From Candidatus Woesearchaeota archaeon (GTDB lineage Archaea > Nanobdellota > Nanobdellia > Woesearchaeales > ARS49), in assembly GCA_038868995.1 (NCBI GenBank), contig JAWCRZ010000002.1, positions 24,726 to 88,725 on the forward strand: 64,000 nt of DNA, written 5' to 3'. Positions 1 through 8,117 of this stretch are shown piece by piece. The translations under genes and the position numbers were made by a program. The notes under the pieces were generated by a model, which did not search any database, was not told where the DNA came from, and saw nothing but the letters and a program-made list of their open reading frames with translations. Every line of letters starts with the position of its first letter. Position 1 is the first letter of the stretch.

Positions 1-2
1 GG

Positions 3-146
3 GAGGTTGTTGAGGAAGTGAAAGAGTTCTCAATTGAAGAATTGTATCAGCGTGTTCTTGATGGTGAGTTTGATTTTCTGCATGAGGCATCAGTTATTAT
101 GATGTTGTACCGCGATTGGGAGGCTGGCCGGTTGCGTAATCCTTGA
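3..146 (+). CDS. 3' end of a gene entering from the left edge (unknown, possibly Nudix-like C-terminus)
   Basis: Open frame EVVEEVKEFSIEELYQRVLDG...NP* from nt 3 to TGA at 144-146; overlaps the end of the next convergent ORF. Confidence 0.4.
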   Translation, partial: EVVEEVKEFSIEELYQRVLDGEFDFLHEASVIMMLYRDWEAGRLRNP

Positions 147-834
147 GCACTTCATCGCGTTGAATCCGGTCGTTTGAAAGAACAGGGCTGTTGATGATTA
201 AATTCCATGCAAGCTCTCGTGCTTTTTGCAGTTCCTTGTGGGCGTGCCTGACATTGTGTTCTGCTTCAAAGCTGCTTGCGCCGATAACAAGCTGGGTGAC
301 GTGGTATTTGCCGTTGTCTTTTTCAAGCATCAAATAAAAGGGAATCATTGATTCGTTTCTCCTGCGTGGTATTTTTGGGATGAATTCGCTGTGCTCCATA
401 TCTTTTGGAACAAGGTAATAATGCCCGGTGTCAATGTCAACGACAACGTCTATTCTTCCTTTATATTTTCGGTCAATGAAGTTCTCTATGAGCATGGGAG
501 TTAATCGCTCGACAAGGTTGCGTGGTCCTGTTTTGCTGCATGGCTCAAGTATTCTGTAAAGCAAGCGCACATCTTCAGGAAGTTCTGCGTCGCAGGTGTC
601 GATTTTCATCTTCGCTTTCTGACGAACGCACTCCAATGCCGGCTCGCCGAGATATTGCAGGATTGTTTTTGAAAAACTGAAAAATTCCTCTCCGGAGTGC
701 TCGTATGCAAGCCGTTCAAGCACGCTGCAGGTTTCTTCTGCTTGTCGTGCGGGGGGTGCAGACAATATCCGTTCCATGCATCTTTTGTATGCTTCAGGCA
801 GCTGTGCTGGCTGTACGATGTGGACTTCGACCAT
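97..834 (-). CDS. Hypothetical protein; C-terminal domain paralogous to 836..1300
   Basis: 245 aa ORF; motifs DxxxGxxYxxPxDxxHxEF and GxSxFE shared with neighbour. Confidence 0.75.
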   Translation of the reverse strand: MVEVHIVQPAQLPEAYKRCMERILSAPPARQAEETCSVLERLAYEHSGEEFFSFSKTILQYLGEPALECVRQKAKMKIDTCDAELPEDVRLLYRILEPCSKTGPRNLVERLTPMLIENFIDRKYKGRIDVVVDIDTGHYYLVPKDMEHSEFIPKIPRRRNESMIPFYLMLEKDNGKYHVTQLVIGASSFEAEHNVRHAHKELQKARELAWNLIINSPVLSNDRIQRDEVLKDYATGQPPNRGTTS

Positions 835-835
835 T

Positions 836-1300
836 TTACACCACCTCTGCCATCATCACTTGGTGCTTGGACGCCAGTGGCATCTCGCTGTCAATAACAA
901 AGGCGTATGCAATGTCGCGGGCTTTGAGCAGTTGTTCATTCGTGTGGTATCTGACCGGTGCCGCGCTTCCGGACATTTTTTTCATTGCATAGGTCATTAC
1001 AAACTCAAATCCTGAAATTCCGACAATGATTCTGGTGACAATGTTGTTCTGAACGCCAATTCCGATGCCGACAAAATGGTTGTATTTCATTGGGTCCTTT
1101 TTCATTTCAGCTTTTGTTTTTCCGGTCAGCAATTCAACAAATTCTGGATGGTCAATGTCTTCAGGAATGGCATACAATTTTCCTTTGTTGACGTCCGCGA
1201 TGAACCTGCCGATTTGTTCTTCGCCTGATCGCTTGGATGTGTAGTCAAGGTCAAATTTTGTCAGCTTTTTGCCGGTAACGTCACGCAACTCGATTGTCAT
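836..1300 (-). CDS. Hypothetical protein, paralog of 97..834 domain
   Basis: 154 aa ORF, TATA-like box upstream, stop abuts next start. Confidence 0.75.
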   Translation of the reverse strand: MTIELRDVTGKKLTKFDLDYTSKRSGEEQIGRFIADVNKGKLYAIPEDIDHPEFVELLTGKTKAEMKKDPMKYNHFVGIGIGVQNNIVTRIIVGISGFEFVMTYAMKKMSGSAAPVRYHTNEQLLKARDIAYAFVIDSEMPLASKHQVMMAEVV

Positions 1301-1357
1301 TTTTTTATCCCTGAGTGGTAACGAATATACAATTATTTAAAAAACTTACTAATTTTA

Positions 1358-1492
1358 GGTTAAGTCAAGTTTCTGGTGCCGGTTGCTCTGGTCCTCTGGA
1401 CTCATTTTTCTCTCCTCCTCGCAGGTGCGGAGAAGAAAAATGACCTCTGCATAGCGAGGCAGAGCGGCCAGCACCATTAAGTTGGCAGCACC
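1358..1492 (+). mobile_element. MITE-like structured element, copy A
   Basis: GGTTAAGTCAAG...GTTGGCAGCACC ends; exact 9-bp direct repeat CTAATTTTA at 1349-1357 and 1493-1501. Confidence 0.9.
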
Positions 1493-1513
1493 CTAATTTT
1501 ATATATTGAAAAT

Positions 1514-1551
1514 TAATAGAATTATGCATTGATAATAGAATTATGCATTGA
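1514..1551. repeat. 19-bp tandem duplication spanning the aIF2-gamma stop codon
   Basis: TAATAGAATTATGCATTGA at 1514-1532 and 1533-1551. Confidence 0.85.
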
Positions 1552-2812
1552 TTATACCGTATCCTATCAGCCGCCATCTTTGCCCTACATTTCTGGACAT
1601 TGTCACCCTTGCGCCTTTGTCAGCGCAGACCGGCTTGCGCAATGCCACTTTTATCAAATTCTTGCCGAGTTCTTTAACAACGCCTACTGTCGCCGCAGAA
1701 TTCACGTTGAGCATGAGCAGTTCTCCCAGCTTTACCGGCTCTACCACTAATTTGTCTTTTGCACCTACAACCCTTTCAAGCAAATGTGTTTCCAGCTGGA
1801 ATTCGTACCAGACCTTTGGTGCATGGCCTTCCAGCACTACCACGCTTCCTGCGAGTTTGTCGCTTTTCACAACGCTGGGGTCAAGGGTTGTCATCGCTGC
1901 TATGCTGCCTCCCGGCACAACTTCTTTCACGCGTTCCCCGCCTGACATGAGAGAAACGACTTTTGTCCTTAACGGCTTCCAGATTTTCTGGTTTTTCTCC
2001 TGAACTTCATATCCTGGAAGTATTTCTATTTCCGCTCCCTCGATAAGCTTTCCCTGCTTCAGGGAACCGCCGAGAATGCCTCCGACCAGTTTGTCCGGAT
2101 ATGTTCCGGGCTTGTTGACGTCAAAGCTTCTTGCCACTAACATTACGGGGTCGGCGTTCACATCGCGATGCGGTGTCTTGAACTTTTCCTGTATTGTCTG
2201 TATGAGAATATCCAGATTAATAGAGTGTATTGCGCTCATTGGGATTATTGGCGCATTCTCGAATTTCGTCCCTTTCAGGAACGCTTTTATCTCGTTATGG
2301 TTTTTCTTTGCCTGTTCTGCTGATACAAGGTCAATCTTGTTCTGCACCACGATAAGGTTGTCAATTCCTACTATTTCAAGCGCCTGCAAATGCTCTCTTG
2401 TCTGTGGCTGGGGGCAGCTTTCTGTTGCGGATATTAGGAGCAATGCACCATCCATTATTGCCGCGCCGCAGAGCATTGTTGCCATCAAGCTTTCGTGGCC
2501 CGGCGCATCAACAAGTGAGACTTTTCTCAGGAATTCCGCTTCGCCGCCACATTTCGGGCATTTTTGCGAGACGCCGTAAGCATCAGAAGCTTCGCATTTT
2601 TTGCACTTGTAAAATGAGACGTCTGCATATCCGAGCCGTATGGTAATGCCTCTTTTTATCTCCTCTGAATGTGTGTCTGTCCATTTGCCAGAAAGTGTTT
2701 GTACAAGGGTTGTCTTGCCGTGGTCCACATGTCCTATCATGCCTATGTTGATTTCCGGCTGTATTTGTGTTTTCGGCGTTTCTTCTGTTTTTGCTTTCTT
2801 TCTGGGAGCCAT
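1541..2812 (-). CDS. eif2g: Translation initiation factor aIF2 gamma subunit
   Basis: GHVDHGKT, RGITIRLGY, CxxC zinc knuckle, DAPGHE, NKID, C-terminal RWRLIGYG. Confidence 0.97.
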   Translation of the reverse strand: MAPRKKAKTEETPKTQIQPEINIGMIGHVDHGKTTLVQTLSGKWTDTHSEEIKRGITIRLGYADVSFYKCKKCEASDAYGVSQKCPKCGGEAEFLRKVSLVDAPGHESLMATMLCGAAIMDGALLLISATESCPQPQTREHLQALEIVGIDNLIVVQNKIDLVSAEQAKKNHNEIKAFLKGTKFENAPIIPMSAIHSINLDILIQTIQEKFKTPHRDVNADPVMLVARSFDVNKPGTYPDKLVGGILGGSLKQGKLIEGAEIEILPGYEVQEKNQKIWKPLRTKVVSLMSGGERVKEVVPGGSIAAMTTLDPSVVKSDKLAGSVVVLEGHAPKVWYEFQLETHLLERVVGAKDKLVVEPVKLGELLMLNVNSAATVGVVKELGKNLIKVALRKPVCADKGARVTMSRNVGQRWRLIGYGIINA

Positions 2813-2835
2813 TATTCGTCGAAATCAAGAAATGG

Positions 2836-2843
2836 TTTATAAA
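2836..2843 (-). promoter_or_regulatory. Probable TATA box of eif2g
   Basis: TTTATAAA about 24 nt upstream of the ATG. Confidence 0.55.
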
Positions 2844-2845
2844 TG

Positions 2846-3367
2846 TTATCTCAGCACGTATGCTCGGCCGTGCATCGTTGTCTCGGCAATTTTTTCCAAT
2901 GCTTCGCGAAGTGCAGCAGGATTTGTTTCTGTCCTGCCTATATATGGAATTTTTTCAAAGCCGATTGTTGATGCGCAGCAAAGTGTGTAATACACGAGCT
3001 GCAGTTCATCTCTTGGTGAAATGTGTTTCGCGTCTTCCGGCTCAGTGAAATGCCCAATGCCAAATCCTGCTATTATTTTCTCCCCTATGCGCTGGTAGCA
3101 TGCGTGCGGAGTGTTGAGAATGTTTGATAAGCGCCTGCGCAGCTTGTTCTCATCAGGATATTTGCTCCATACATCTGCCAATGAGCAGCTCTTGAAAGCG
3201 CTTCCGATATCTATTGTGGCAACATCCGGCTGAGTGTGGATTTCGTAGTAATGCCTTCTTTCATAGCCGGGAATTTCCACAACATTCAGGATTATTTTTT
3301 CAGCCGGCTTTGTCAGGCGCTTAAGCTCTTCCTCTGCACCTTCTACTCTCCAACAGATGTGGCTCAT
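2846..3367 (-). CDS. Hypothetical protein
   Basis: 173 aa ORF filling the gap between co-oriented genes; no motif recognised. Confidence 0.65.
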   Translation of the reverse strand: MSHICWRVEGAEEELKRLTKPAEKIILNVVEIPGYERRHYYEIHTQPDVATIDIGSAFKSCSLADVWSKYPDENKLRRRLSNILNTPHACYQRIGEKIIAGFGIGHFTEPEDAKHISPRDELQLVYYTLCCASTIGFEKIPYIGRTETNPAALREALEKIAETTMHGRAYVLR

Positions 3368-3416
3368 ATCGGCGAGTTATGTTATTATTTTATTTAAATA
3401 TTTCGAAAATTTACTA

Positions 3417-4829
3417 TTATAAGGTGGTGACTGTCTCCGGTTTTTTTGGCTCCATCTGGAATGTTGTCACCTTGTTTTTTCCCTGTTTTTTCGAGTATCT
3501 TACTCTTCTGTCTGCCGCGTTCATCAGTTCTTCCAGTTTTGTTCCATCCTGCTGCAGAATAGCAACTCCCATGCTAACTGTGACTCTTTCTGGCGCCACT
3601 CCAATGCTTTCCTGCGCTATTGCCTCCCTGAGCGTTTCCGCAAGCGTCACTCCACCAACAGGGCCTGTATTGGGAGCTACTATCATCATTTCCTCGCCGC
3701 CCCACCTGCAGGCAGCGTCGCTCTTTCTTATGTGCTTGCGGGTTATCTCTGCCACTTTCGCGATTACCTTGTCACCCGTCTCCTCTCCGTACTTTTTGTT
3801 GAATGCTCCAAAGTCGTCTATGTCAAACATTATTAAGACAAGGGGTGTTTTTTGGCGGAGCGCAACTGTTATCAGTTCTTGCGCCAATGGGACAAATGCA
3901 TGCCTGTTCAAAAGTCCTGTAAGTGCGTCGTGTGTTGCAAGATGCGATGTTCGCGTTAATGCTATGCGTTGCGCTTTTGCTTCTTTTTGAAGATATTCAA
4001 TTGCTTCCGGCTCGAGCAAATCAGCGTGCTTCAACAGCAAGCTCTGGTAATGCAGGAATTCTTCAGGTGTTGCGATTGTTGTCAAGTCCTTTTCAATGTC
4101 TTGCTTGGTTATTTTTTGGGTAAATATGAGCCATTTTCTTCGCGGCTTTTCATATTTTTCAATGAGCGCTTCAGCCCAGGTTTTCTCTTCGAGCATTGGC
4201 TGGAGACGGTCATAAATCTCTGTTTTTTCCTCAAGTATTGCCTTTTCAAAGCGTCTGGAAGTATCCTTCCATTCAAGCATAAGATGGTCGATGTCAAGTT
4301 GTGTGTCTTTTTTTCTGGTTTCTTCAATGAGGGAGTCAAAGTCCTGTTTCAGCTGGCGCTCGTACTTTATCATTCCCTGGAACAGGCGGATTGCGTCTGC
4401 GAAGTGTTCCAGCACGCTTTCTGCTTTGCCGATTGCATTAAGCTCTTCTTCCTTCTCGCGAAGTATGCCTGCTATTTTTTTTCCTGCCTGTTCTGCCTTG
4501 ATTCCGCCTGCTGCCTGGTCGCGTAGCAGTTCCTCGTATTTGTGCTTTTTTCCTTGTGCAAAATTGTCAAGGGCTTCTTTTTCGGCTGTCACGGATGTGA
4601 AATCCAGGTTGGCAAGCATTTGCCGCACGTGCTGCTCAATCTCATTCAGCAGCAAAAGCACTTTTTGGCGTGCTGCAGGGTCTTCTTTGTTGGCTTGAAG
4701 CGCCTCAACCAGTGCAGCGACTTTTTGTTTGAAAGGATACAGTGCCAGAATTCTTTTTTCAAATGTTTTCAGTACATTTTTTTCTTCCTGCGTGAGTTTC
4801 TGGAACAAGAGCAATGCTGCGTCTGCCAT
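3417..4829 (-). CDS. GGDEF-domain diguanylate cyclase-like protein with long helical N-terminus
   Basis: DALTGLLNR, MFDIDDF, RKSD (RxxD I-site), RWGGEE, VTVSMGVA, SKKQGKN; start taken at ATG 4829. Confidence 0.9.
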   Translation of the reverse strand: MADAALLLFQKLTQEEKNVLKTFEKRILALYPFKQKVAALVEALQANKEDPAARQKVLLLLNEIEQHVRQMLANLDFTSVTAEKEALDNFAQGKKHKYEELLRDQAAGGIKAEQAGKKIAGILREKEEELNAIGKAESVLEHFADAIRLFQGMIKYERQLKQDFDSLIEETRKKDTQLDIDHLMLEWKDTSRRFEKAILEEKTEIYDRLQPMLEEKTWAEALIEKYEKPRRKWLIFTQKITKQDIEKDLTTIATPEEFLHYQSLLLKHADLLEPEAIEYLQKEAKAQRIALTRTSHLATHDALTGLLNRHAFVPLAQELITVALRQKTPLVLIMFDIDDFGAFNKKYGEETGDKVIAKVAEITRKHIRKSDAACRWGGEEMMIVAPNTGPVGGVTLAETLREAIAQESIGVAPERVTVSMGVAILQQDGTKLEELMNAADRRVRYSKKQGKNKVTTFQMEPKKPETVTTL

Positions 4830-4873
4830 GTTTCCTCTTTTCGGTTGTTTCAATAAACGGGCAATATAAATCT

Positions 4874-6187
4874 TTACCCTTGCAGCAGCTTTGACACCCA
4901 GTCGATTACCTGGTCAAGTTTCTTTTTGCTGTCTGCATCAGCGTTCAACCTCACGACGTTTTCTGTCTTGCTCAGCCGGAGATTGAACCAGAAATCCTCT
5001 CCGAAGAATGATATTCCATCGACTGTTTCTTTTTTGTATTTTTTGAATGCTTCCTCGACTTTTTTCATGGCTGCCTGCTTGTCTGCCACTTTGTAGTTTA
5101 TTTCTCCTGATATTGAGTATTTCTCAAGCGGCTTTACAAGCTCGCTCATCTTCTTGCCTGATTTTGACAATATGTCCAGCATGAAAAGTGCCGCAACGTC
5201 TCCTGAATCGACAAAATTGAATTTTTTGAAATACCAGTGTCCGCTTAGTTCCCCTCCGAAGTTTGCGTTTTCTTTTTTCATCCGCAATGGTATTTCGGTA
5301 TGCCCCACCATGTTTGGATACGCTTTAATTCCAAATTCCTTCATTTTTTCCCGCACAATTCTGCTCATGTTTGCTGCAAATACCGCTTTGTCGCCTTTTT
5401 TGCACAGATGACGTGCGAAAAGTATGAACGCATGGTCAGACCTTACTCTTCTTCCTTTTTCGTCTATGAAAAATACTCTGTCGCAATCGGCGTCATATGC
5501 TATTCCAATGTCGTATTTTCCGGAAACAACTTGTTTTTGCAGTTCTGCAGTGTTTTCCTCCAGCAATGGGTTTGCAATGTGGTTTGGGAAGCTGCCGTCC
5601 ATCTCGCCGTAAAGGAGCTTGTATTTTATCGGCAGCCCTTTCATCAGTGTCGGCACTACGTGCCCTGCCATTCCATTGCCGCAGTCGATTAGAACTTTTA
5701 ACGGCTTGTATTTTCCATTTACAATTTTTTTCACATATCTTGCGTAATCAGGAAGTATGTTCTTTGCCGTTACTTTTCCTTTTTTCCGTGTGTCAGGGAA
5801 ATGGCATTTGTTCACAAGCTTTTCAATTTGTGGCAGGCCGTTGTGCTCTCCGATTATGTCAACGCCTTTCTTTGCCACTTTGATTCCGTTGTATTCTTTT
5901 GGCAGATGTGATGCTGTTATCATCAAGGCATCGTGCTTAATTGATGCGTAATATATCATTGGAGTGTTGCTGTAGCCCGTGTCTATTACGTCCGCTCCCT
6001 GGTCGGTTATTCCATATACCAATGATTTTTTCAATGGAAGCGAGCTTTTCCTGCAGTCCCTGCCAACCAGTATCTTTTTTGCTTTGAGAAAAATCACCGA
6101 TGCTCGTCCGATTTTATAGGCAAGTTCCTCGTTCAATTCTCCGGGGCACAGTCCTCTGATGTCGTATGCTTTGAAGATACCTGCCAT
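4874..6187 (-). CDS. Phosphomannomutase/phosphoglucomutase
   Basis: IFKAYDIRG, ITASHLP, DADCDR, GELSGH; start MAGIF overlaps upstream stop (TAATG). Confidence 0.93.
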   Translation of the reverse strand: MAGIFKAYDIRGLCPGELNEELAYKIGRASVIFLKAKKILVGRDCRKSSLPLKKSLVYGITDQGADVIDTGYSNTPMIYYASIKHDALMITASHLPKEYNGIKVAKKGVDIIGEHNGLPQIEKLVNKCHFPDTRKKGKVTAKNILPDYARYVKKIVNGKYKPLKVLIDCGNGMAGHVVPTLMKGLPIKYKLLYGEMDGSFPNHIANPLLEENTAELQKQVVSGKYDIGIAYDADCDRVFFIDEKGRRVRSDHAFILFARHLCKKGDKAVFAANMSRIVREKMKEFGIKAYPNMVGHTEIPLRMKKENANFGGELSGHWYFKKFNFVDSGDVAALFMLDILSKSGKKMSELVKPLEKYSISGEINYKVADKQAAMKKVEEAFKKYKKETVDGISFFGEDFWFNLRLSKTENVVRLNADADSKKKLDQVIDWVSKLLQG

Positions 6188-6594
6188 TAATGCTCCCTTT
6201 CGCCGAAATGCCTGCACTCGCTGTTCATTATGCCGCTTACTGCGGCGCCTTGCGGGACTTTCTTGTCTGCTGTCAGCAGTACTTTCTTTTTTCCAGCGTG
6301 GGAAATCAGCAGCATTCCCTGGCTTTCCTCTCCTCCGATGAGTTCCGGTTCGATGTTGCAAAGCACCACAACCTGCTTGCCGAGCAGTTCTTCCATTTTG
6401 TACGAGTCGGCAAGGCCCGCAACCACTTGTATGTCCTCGTCCGCTGCTGCGCAATCCACTATGATGATGTATTCTTTCGGGTTTTTTGGATGCGTTTTGA
6501 CTTGTGCTATTGTTCCGACGCGCAACTGCAGTTTTTCAAAGTCCTGATGGGAAATTTTTTTGTAATCGCCGACATCTGTCCGGATTTTCGCCAT
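6187..6594 (-). CDS. tRNA-binding OB-fold protein (Trbp111/CsaA/MetRS C-terminal family)
   Basis: DFEKLQLRVGTI, VVAGL, NIEP...GEESQGMLL. Confidence 0.88.
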   Translation of the reverse strand: MAKIRTDVGDYKKISHQDFEKLQLRVGTIAQVKTHPKNPKEYIIIVDCAAADEDIQVVAGLADSYKMEELLGKQVVVLCNIEPELIGGEESQGMLLISHAGKKKVLLTADKKVPQGAAVSGIMNSECRHFGEREH

Positions 6595-6651
6595 TGTATC
6601 ACCCTTTCAATTATTTTCTCATTGTGCTGTATAAAAAAGTTTTGCTTGGAT

Positions 6652-6791
6652 GGTGCTGTCAACTAAATGGTGCTGGCCGCTCTGCCTCATCTTCGCAGAG
6701 GTCATTTTTCTCTCCTCCGCATTTGCGAGGAGGAGAGAAAAATGAGTCCGGAGGACCAAAGTGCAGCCAGCACCAGAAACTTGACTTAACC
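6652..6791 (-). mobile_element. MITE-like structured element, copy B
   Basis: Reverse-oriented homolog of copy A; exact 9-bp direct repeat TGCTTGGAT at 6643-6651 and 6792-6800. Confidence 0.92.
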
Positions 6792-6804
6792 TGCTTGGAT
6801 AAGT

Positions 6805-6812
6805 TTTAAATA
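6805..6812 (+). promoter_or_regulatory. Probable TATA box of purD-like gene
   Basis: TTTAAATA about 25 nt upstream of ATG 6837. Confidence 0.55.
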
Positions 6813-6836
6813 TGGTGTTGCAATAAATTGCTCGCA

Positions 6837-8117
6837 ATGGATAAAAAGAGGTTTTTGTTTGTCAGCGAAGAGGCATTGATTGGGGATTTGGCGTGGCAGG
6901 TGAAAAAGGAGGGCCACCACGTGAAATATTTTATCGGCGAAAAGGCAAGCCGTGACATTTGTGATGGTTTTGTTGACAAGTGTGATGACTGGAAAAAAGA
7001 GATTTCCTGGGCTGACGTGGTTGTTTTTGATGATGTTTTCTACGGCGAGGAAGCTGACAAGCTTAGAAAAGAGGGGAAAGCAGTGGTTGGCGGTTCTGTT
7101 TATACCGACCGTTTGGAAGAGGACCGCGAGTTCGGCCAGCAGGAGCTGAAAAAGGTTGATGTGAATGTTCTACCGCACTGGGACTTTACCGATTTTGACG
7201 AGGCGATAAAGTTTGTTGAGAAAAACCCTGGCAGGTATGTTTTGAAACCTACGTCCAAGTCGGGTGAAAAGGAATTGTTGTTTGTGGGTCAGGAGGAGGA
7301 TGGCAAAGATGTCATCCAGCTTCTTGAGCATTACAAGAAGGCGTGGTCAAAAAAAATTAAGTATTTCCAGATTCAGAAGTATGTTTCCGGCGTTGAGGTT
7401 GCTGTTGGCGCGTTTTTTAATGGCATTGATTTCATCACTCCGATTAATGTCAACTTTGAGCACAAGCGTATGTTTCCAGGCGATATTGGTCCTTCTACCG
7501 GGGAGATGGGAACTTCAATGTACTGGGCGCCCCCAAACAGGATTTTTAGCGAGACGCTTGCAAAGCTTAAACCCGCTCTTCAGCAAGCAGGGTATGTGGG
7601 CTACATAGACCTTAACTGTATAGTGAACAACAAGGGGATTCACCCGTTGGAATTTACGAGCCGTTTCGGCTATCCCACAATAAGTATTCAGATGGAAGGG
7701 ATTGTTTCTCCTTGGGGAGAGTTTTTGCATGCTCTCGCAAACCATAAGCCGTATGATTTGAAGGCGAAAAAGGGATTTCAGGTTGGCATTGTTGTTGCGT
7801 GCCCGCCGTTTCCGTTTTATGACCTTGCCGCGTTCAAGAAGTATGCAGAGGATGCCACTATTCTTTTCAAGAAGCCGGTGTTTGATGGAGTGCGCCTTGG
7901 TGATGTGAAGCTTGTTGAGGGCGACTGGCGTCTTGCCGGCTATTCCGGTTATTGCCTTGTTGTCACCGGTTCGGGCTCTACTATGGAGGAGGCGAGAAAG
8001 CAGGCGTACCAGCGTGTGAAGAATATTATGATTCCGAACATGTTTTACCGCACAGACATCGGCGTGCGCTGGTTTACGGATTCTGACAAATTGCACACGT
8101 GGGGGTATCTTTCATAA
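6837..8117 (+). CDS. purD: Phosphoribosylamine-glycine ligase-like ATP-grasp protein
   Basis: LEEDREFG, YVLKP, EHKR, GPSTGEMG, LEFTSRFGYP, YRTDIG. Confidence 0.8.
   Translation: MDKKRFLFVSEEALIGDLAWQVKKEGHHVKYFIGEKASRDICDGFVDKCDDWKKEISWADVVVFDDVFYGEEADKLRKEGKAVVGGSVYTDRLEEDREFGQQELKKVDVNVLPHWDFTDFDEAIKFVEKNPGRYVLKPTSKSGEKELLFVGQEEDGKDVIQLLEHYKKAWSKKIKYFQIQKYVSGVEVAVGAFFNGIDFITPINVNFEHKRMFPGDIGPSTGEMGTSMYWAPPNRIFSETLAKLKPALQQAGYVGYIDLNCIVNNKGIHPLEFTSRFGYPTISIQMEGIVSPWGEFLHALANHKPYDLKAKKGFQVGIVVACPPFPFYDLAAFKKYAEDATILFKKPVFDGVRLGDVKLVEGDWRLAGYSGYCLVVTGSGSTMEEARKQAYQRVKNIMIPNMFYRTDIGVRWFTDSDKLHTWGYLS

Noticed and set aside
4874..6454. 526-aa ORF as given in the track
   Set aside because: N-terminal 89 aa overlap the tRNA-binding gene in another frame; real start is MAGIF at 6187
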